From NCBI GenBank assembly GCA_964612535.1, contig CAZTDS010000002.1, positions 1,509 through 48,878 on the forward strand: a stretch of DNA of 47,370 nt. Direction: 5' to 3'. The translations under genes and the position numbers were made by a program. The DNA is from an uncultured Thermoplasmatales archaeon (GTDB lineage Archaea; Thermoplasmatota; E2; UBA202; JdFR-43). Position 1 is the first letter of the stretch. Each line of letters begins with the position of its first letter. The notes beneath the pieces are model-generated. The model had not been told where the DNA came from, did not search any database, and saw only the letters and a list, made by a program, of their open reading frames with translations. Positions 45,879-47,370 of the stretch are shown one piece after another.

Positions 45879-45990
45879 ATGATCACCGAATGAAAATTTT
45901 GCTTCCGATATAATCTTTTTGAAATTTTTTTCTGAAAACTTAAAATTCTCTTTAAAAAGCCCTTAAATATATCTCCATTTTCACATTTCC

Positions 45991-46959
45991 ATGATTATCG
46001 GGATAACAGGGGCTGCAGGTTACTTTGGAAGAAAAATAATAGAAAGGATGGAAAACAATGAGAAATGTGAAAAAATAATCGGTATTTCTCGAAGAAAATT
46101 TGTACATCGCTTTGAAAAACTGGAATATCATCAGATGGATGTAAGGGATAAAAAGTTGCGAGATTTGTTTGATAAGCATGATGTGGATGTTATAATTCAT
46201 CTTGCCTTTGTTTTAAATCCCATCCACGATGAGAAAGAAATGCATGAAATAAATGTTGGCGGAGCGAAAAACGTTTTGAAAGTAGCGAAGGAAATAGAGG
46301 CGAAAAAAATTATAATAACGAGTAGCACCATGGTATATGGAGCATGGCCAGATAACCCGAAATATCTCACTGAAAATAGTCCTATGAGGGGACATCCAAC
46401 ATATTATTATAACAGAGACAAGGTAGAAATAGAAAAACTATGTAGGAGATTTTCCATGGAATATGAAGGGATATTAACCATCTTGAGACCATGCCTTGTT
46501 TTGGGGCCAAATGTTAATCATTTCTATTCCCGCCTGCTCAACTGGCCCGTCTTGCCCCTTGTAGATGGTAAAAATCCAGAAATGCAATTCATACATGAAG
46601 ATGATTTGGCAAGAGCCTATGAAATTTTTACAGTGAAGGATTTACCGGGAATTTTTAACATAGTCGGCAGAGGAACAATGAAGTGGAAAGAGATTATAGA
46701 GGCGGCAGGAAAGAGAGCGGTTAGAATGCCCGATGCAATCCTCTACCCTCTTCTTTCCATGCTTTGGCATCTGCGCCTCACGAAATTTCCTCCACAAATC
46801 CTCGACTTTATAAAGTACAGATGGGTGGCAAGTGGTGAAAAAGCAGCTAAGGAAGCGGGTTTCATCCCTGAATATACCACGAGGGAAACACTGGAATCTT
46901 TCCTCATGAAAAATAATGAGAGAGATGCTCACAAAGCTGCTGTTTGGGCAGAGGCATAA
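45991..46959 (+). CDS. NAD(P)-dependent epimerase/dehydratase family protein
   Basis: 322-aa ORF with ITGAAGYFGRK Rossmann motif and YYYNRDK (YxxxK) motif. A TATA-like CCCTTAAATATATC lies about 20 nt upstream. Confidence 0.8.
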   Translation: MIIGITGAAGYFGRKIIERMENNEKCEKIIGISRRKFVHRFEKLEYHQMDVRDKKLRDLFDKHDVDVIIHLAFVLNPIHDEKEMHEINVGGAKNVLKVAKEIEAKKIIITSSTMVYGAWPDNPKYLTENSPMRGHPTYYYNRDKVEIEKLCRRFSMEYEGILTILRPCLVLGPNVNHFYSRLLNWPVLPLVDGKNPEMQFIHEDDLARAYEIFTVKDLPGIFNIVGRGTMKWKEIIEAAGKRAVRMPDAILYPLLSMLWHLRLTKFPPQILDFIKYRWVASGEKAAKEAGFIPEYTTRETLESFLMKNNERDAHKAAVWAEA

Positions 46960-46990
46960 AGCTTTTATTTTCCTCCCCTCTAATTCTCAG

Positions 46991-47063
46991 GGGCCCGTGG
47001 GGTAGCTTGGTATCCTTCCAGCTTGGGGTGCTGGTAACCCGAGTTCAAATCTCGGCGGGCCCA
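46991..47063 (+). tRNA. tRNA-Pro (anticodon GGG)
   Basis: Hand-folded. Acceptor GGGCCCG/CGGGCCC, D stem GGGT/ATCC, anticodon stem CCAGC/GCTGG with loop TTGGGGT (GGG at 47025-47027, G37), T arm CCGAG-TTCAAAT-CTCGG, discriminator A. The junction lengths at position 26 and the variable loop are slightly atypical in my fold. Confidence 0.8.
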
Positions 47064-47125
47064 CTATTCTATTTGGTAAATATCTTCAAATGGTATCGCA
47101 AACAATGGCCACAACCATCAATAAA

Positions 47126-47135
47126 TTTTTATAAA
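47126..47135 (+). promoter_or_regulatory. TATA box (TTTTTATAAA) for tRNA-Leu
   Basis: It ends 23 nt upstream of the mature tRNA 5' end, which is typical archaeal TATA spacing. Confidence 0.45.
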
Positions 47136-47157
47136 CCTCCTCCAATATTATACCGCT

Positions 47158-47272
47158 GCAGGGGTAGCCAAGCCAGGCCAACGGCGCAGGACTTAAGATC
47201 TCATAAAAGAAGGGTTCGAGATGGGATATCCTGTGGTGTAGTCCTTCGTGGGTTCGAATCCCACCCCCTGCA
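47158..47272 (+). tRNA. tRNA-Leu (anticodon TAA), class II with long variable arm and 30-nt intron at 37/38
   Basis: Hand-folded. Acceptor GCAGGGG/CCCCTGC, 3-bp D stem GCC/GGC, anticodon stem CAGGA/TCCTG with TAA at 47194-47196. The intron is 47198-47227, there is a long variable arm, the T arm is GTGGG-TTCGAAT-CCCAC, and the discriminator is A. Confidence 0.85.
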
Positions 47273-47276
47273 CTAT

Positions 47277-47370
47277 TTATGCTATTATGAAAGCTTCAAC
47301 ACCATCTGTTGCATTGTAGCCAGTGCCATCATAAGCTTTAACTTCCAGCAAATGCTTTCCAAAATCTTTC
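47277..47370 (-). CDS. 3' end of a CDS running off the window (C-terminal Ig-like module?)
   Basis: Hand translation of the minus strand gives ...KDFGKHLLEVKAYDGTGYNATDGVEAFIIA-stop (TAA at 47277-47279). It resembles the C-terminus of the 18702-20288 protein (HEIRVVAYAKDGVVSTD). Confidence 0.3.
   Translation of the reverse strand, partial: KDFGKHLLEVKAYDGTGYNATDGVEAFIIA

Noticed and set aside
15202-47272. Possibility that the tRNA genes mark the borders of an integrated element or genomic island
   Set aside because: No integrase, transposase or phage-like genes were found, and I saw no duplicated tRNA 3' fragment (att-like direct repeat). The intervening genes are mostly core metabolism and translation.

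Overview
AT-rich (about 40% GC by eye), densely coding archaeal chromosomal window. Reverse gyrase points to a thermophile. The gene content looks euryarchaeal, possibly DHVE2/Thermoplasmata-like, but that is inference only.

Housekeeping content:
- Alba
- an APC permease abutting a K+-dependent-type membrane pyrophosphatase
- a two-subunit class I fumarase
- a 16-gene ribosomal protein operon (uL3 to uS14, with aSUI1 and RNase P Rpp29 embedded) that stops abruptly after uS14
- Dph6, AspRS, CoaBC plus pantoate kinase, PurH, split transketolase, TrmY, a short UbiD-like decarboxylase, CTP-type riboflavin kinase and dodecin
- three tRNAs: Tyr-GTA and Leu-TAA with canonical 37/38 introns, and Pro-GGG

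No rRNA, CRISPR array, transposase or integrase was seen.

The most interesting locus is 36.8-40.3 kb. An apparently phospho-competent REC plus winged-helix response regulator has no kinase in the window. It sits directly upstream of two paralogous TasA/camelysin-like secreted proteins with SipW-type signal peptides and a SipW/archaeal-type signal peptidase I. This looks like an archaeal TasA-like fibre (bundling-pilus-like) module. The regulator gene and the fibre operon share an exact 15-nt upstream motif, and other repeat elements occur around the fibre operon's TATA-like box.

Other points worth a second look:
- reverse gyrase is translationally coupled to a KaiC-like ATPase plus HTH protein pair
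- uS3 carries a C-terminal (HhH)2 module
- uL24 has a roughly 100-aa poly-acidic tail
- a secreted protein carries legumain/caspase-like His/Cys motifs
- a split RbkR-like wHTH plus RibK arrangement has an extra C-terminal domain
- tandem paralogous 3-TM proteins
- a 35-aa CxxC...HxxC mini-ORF
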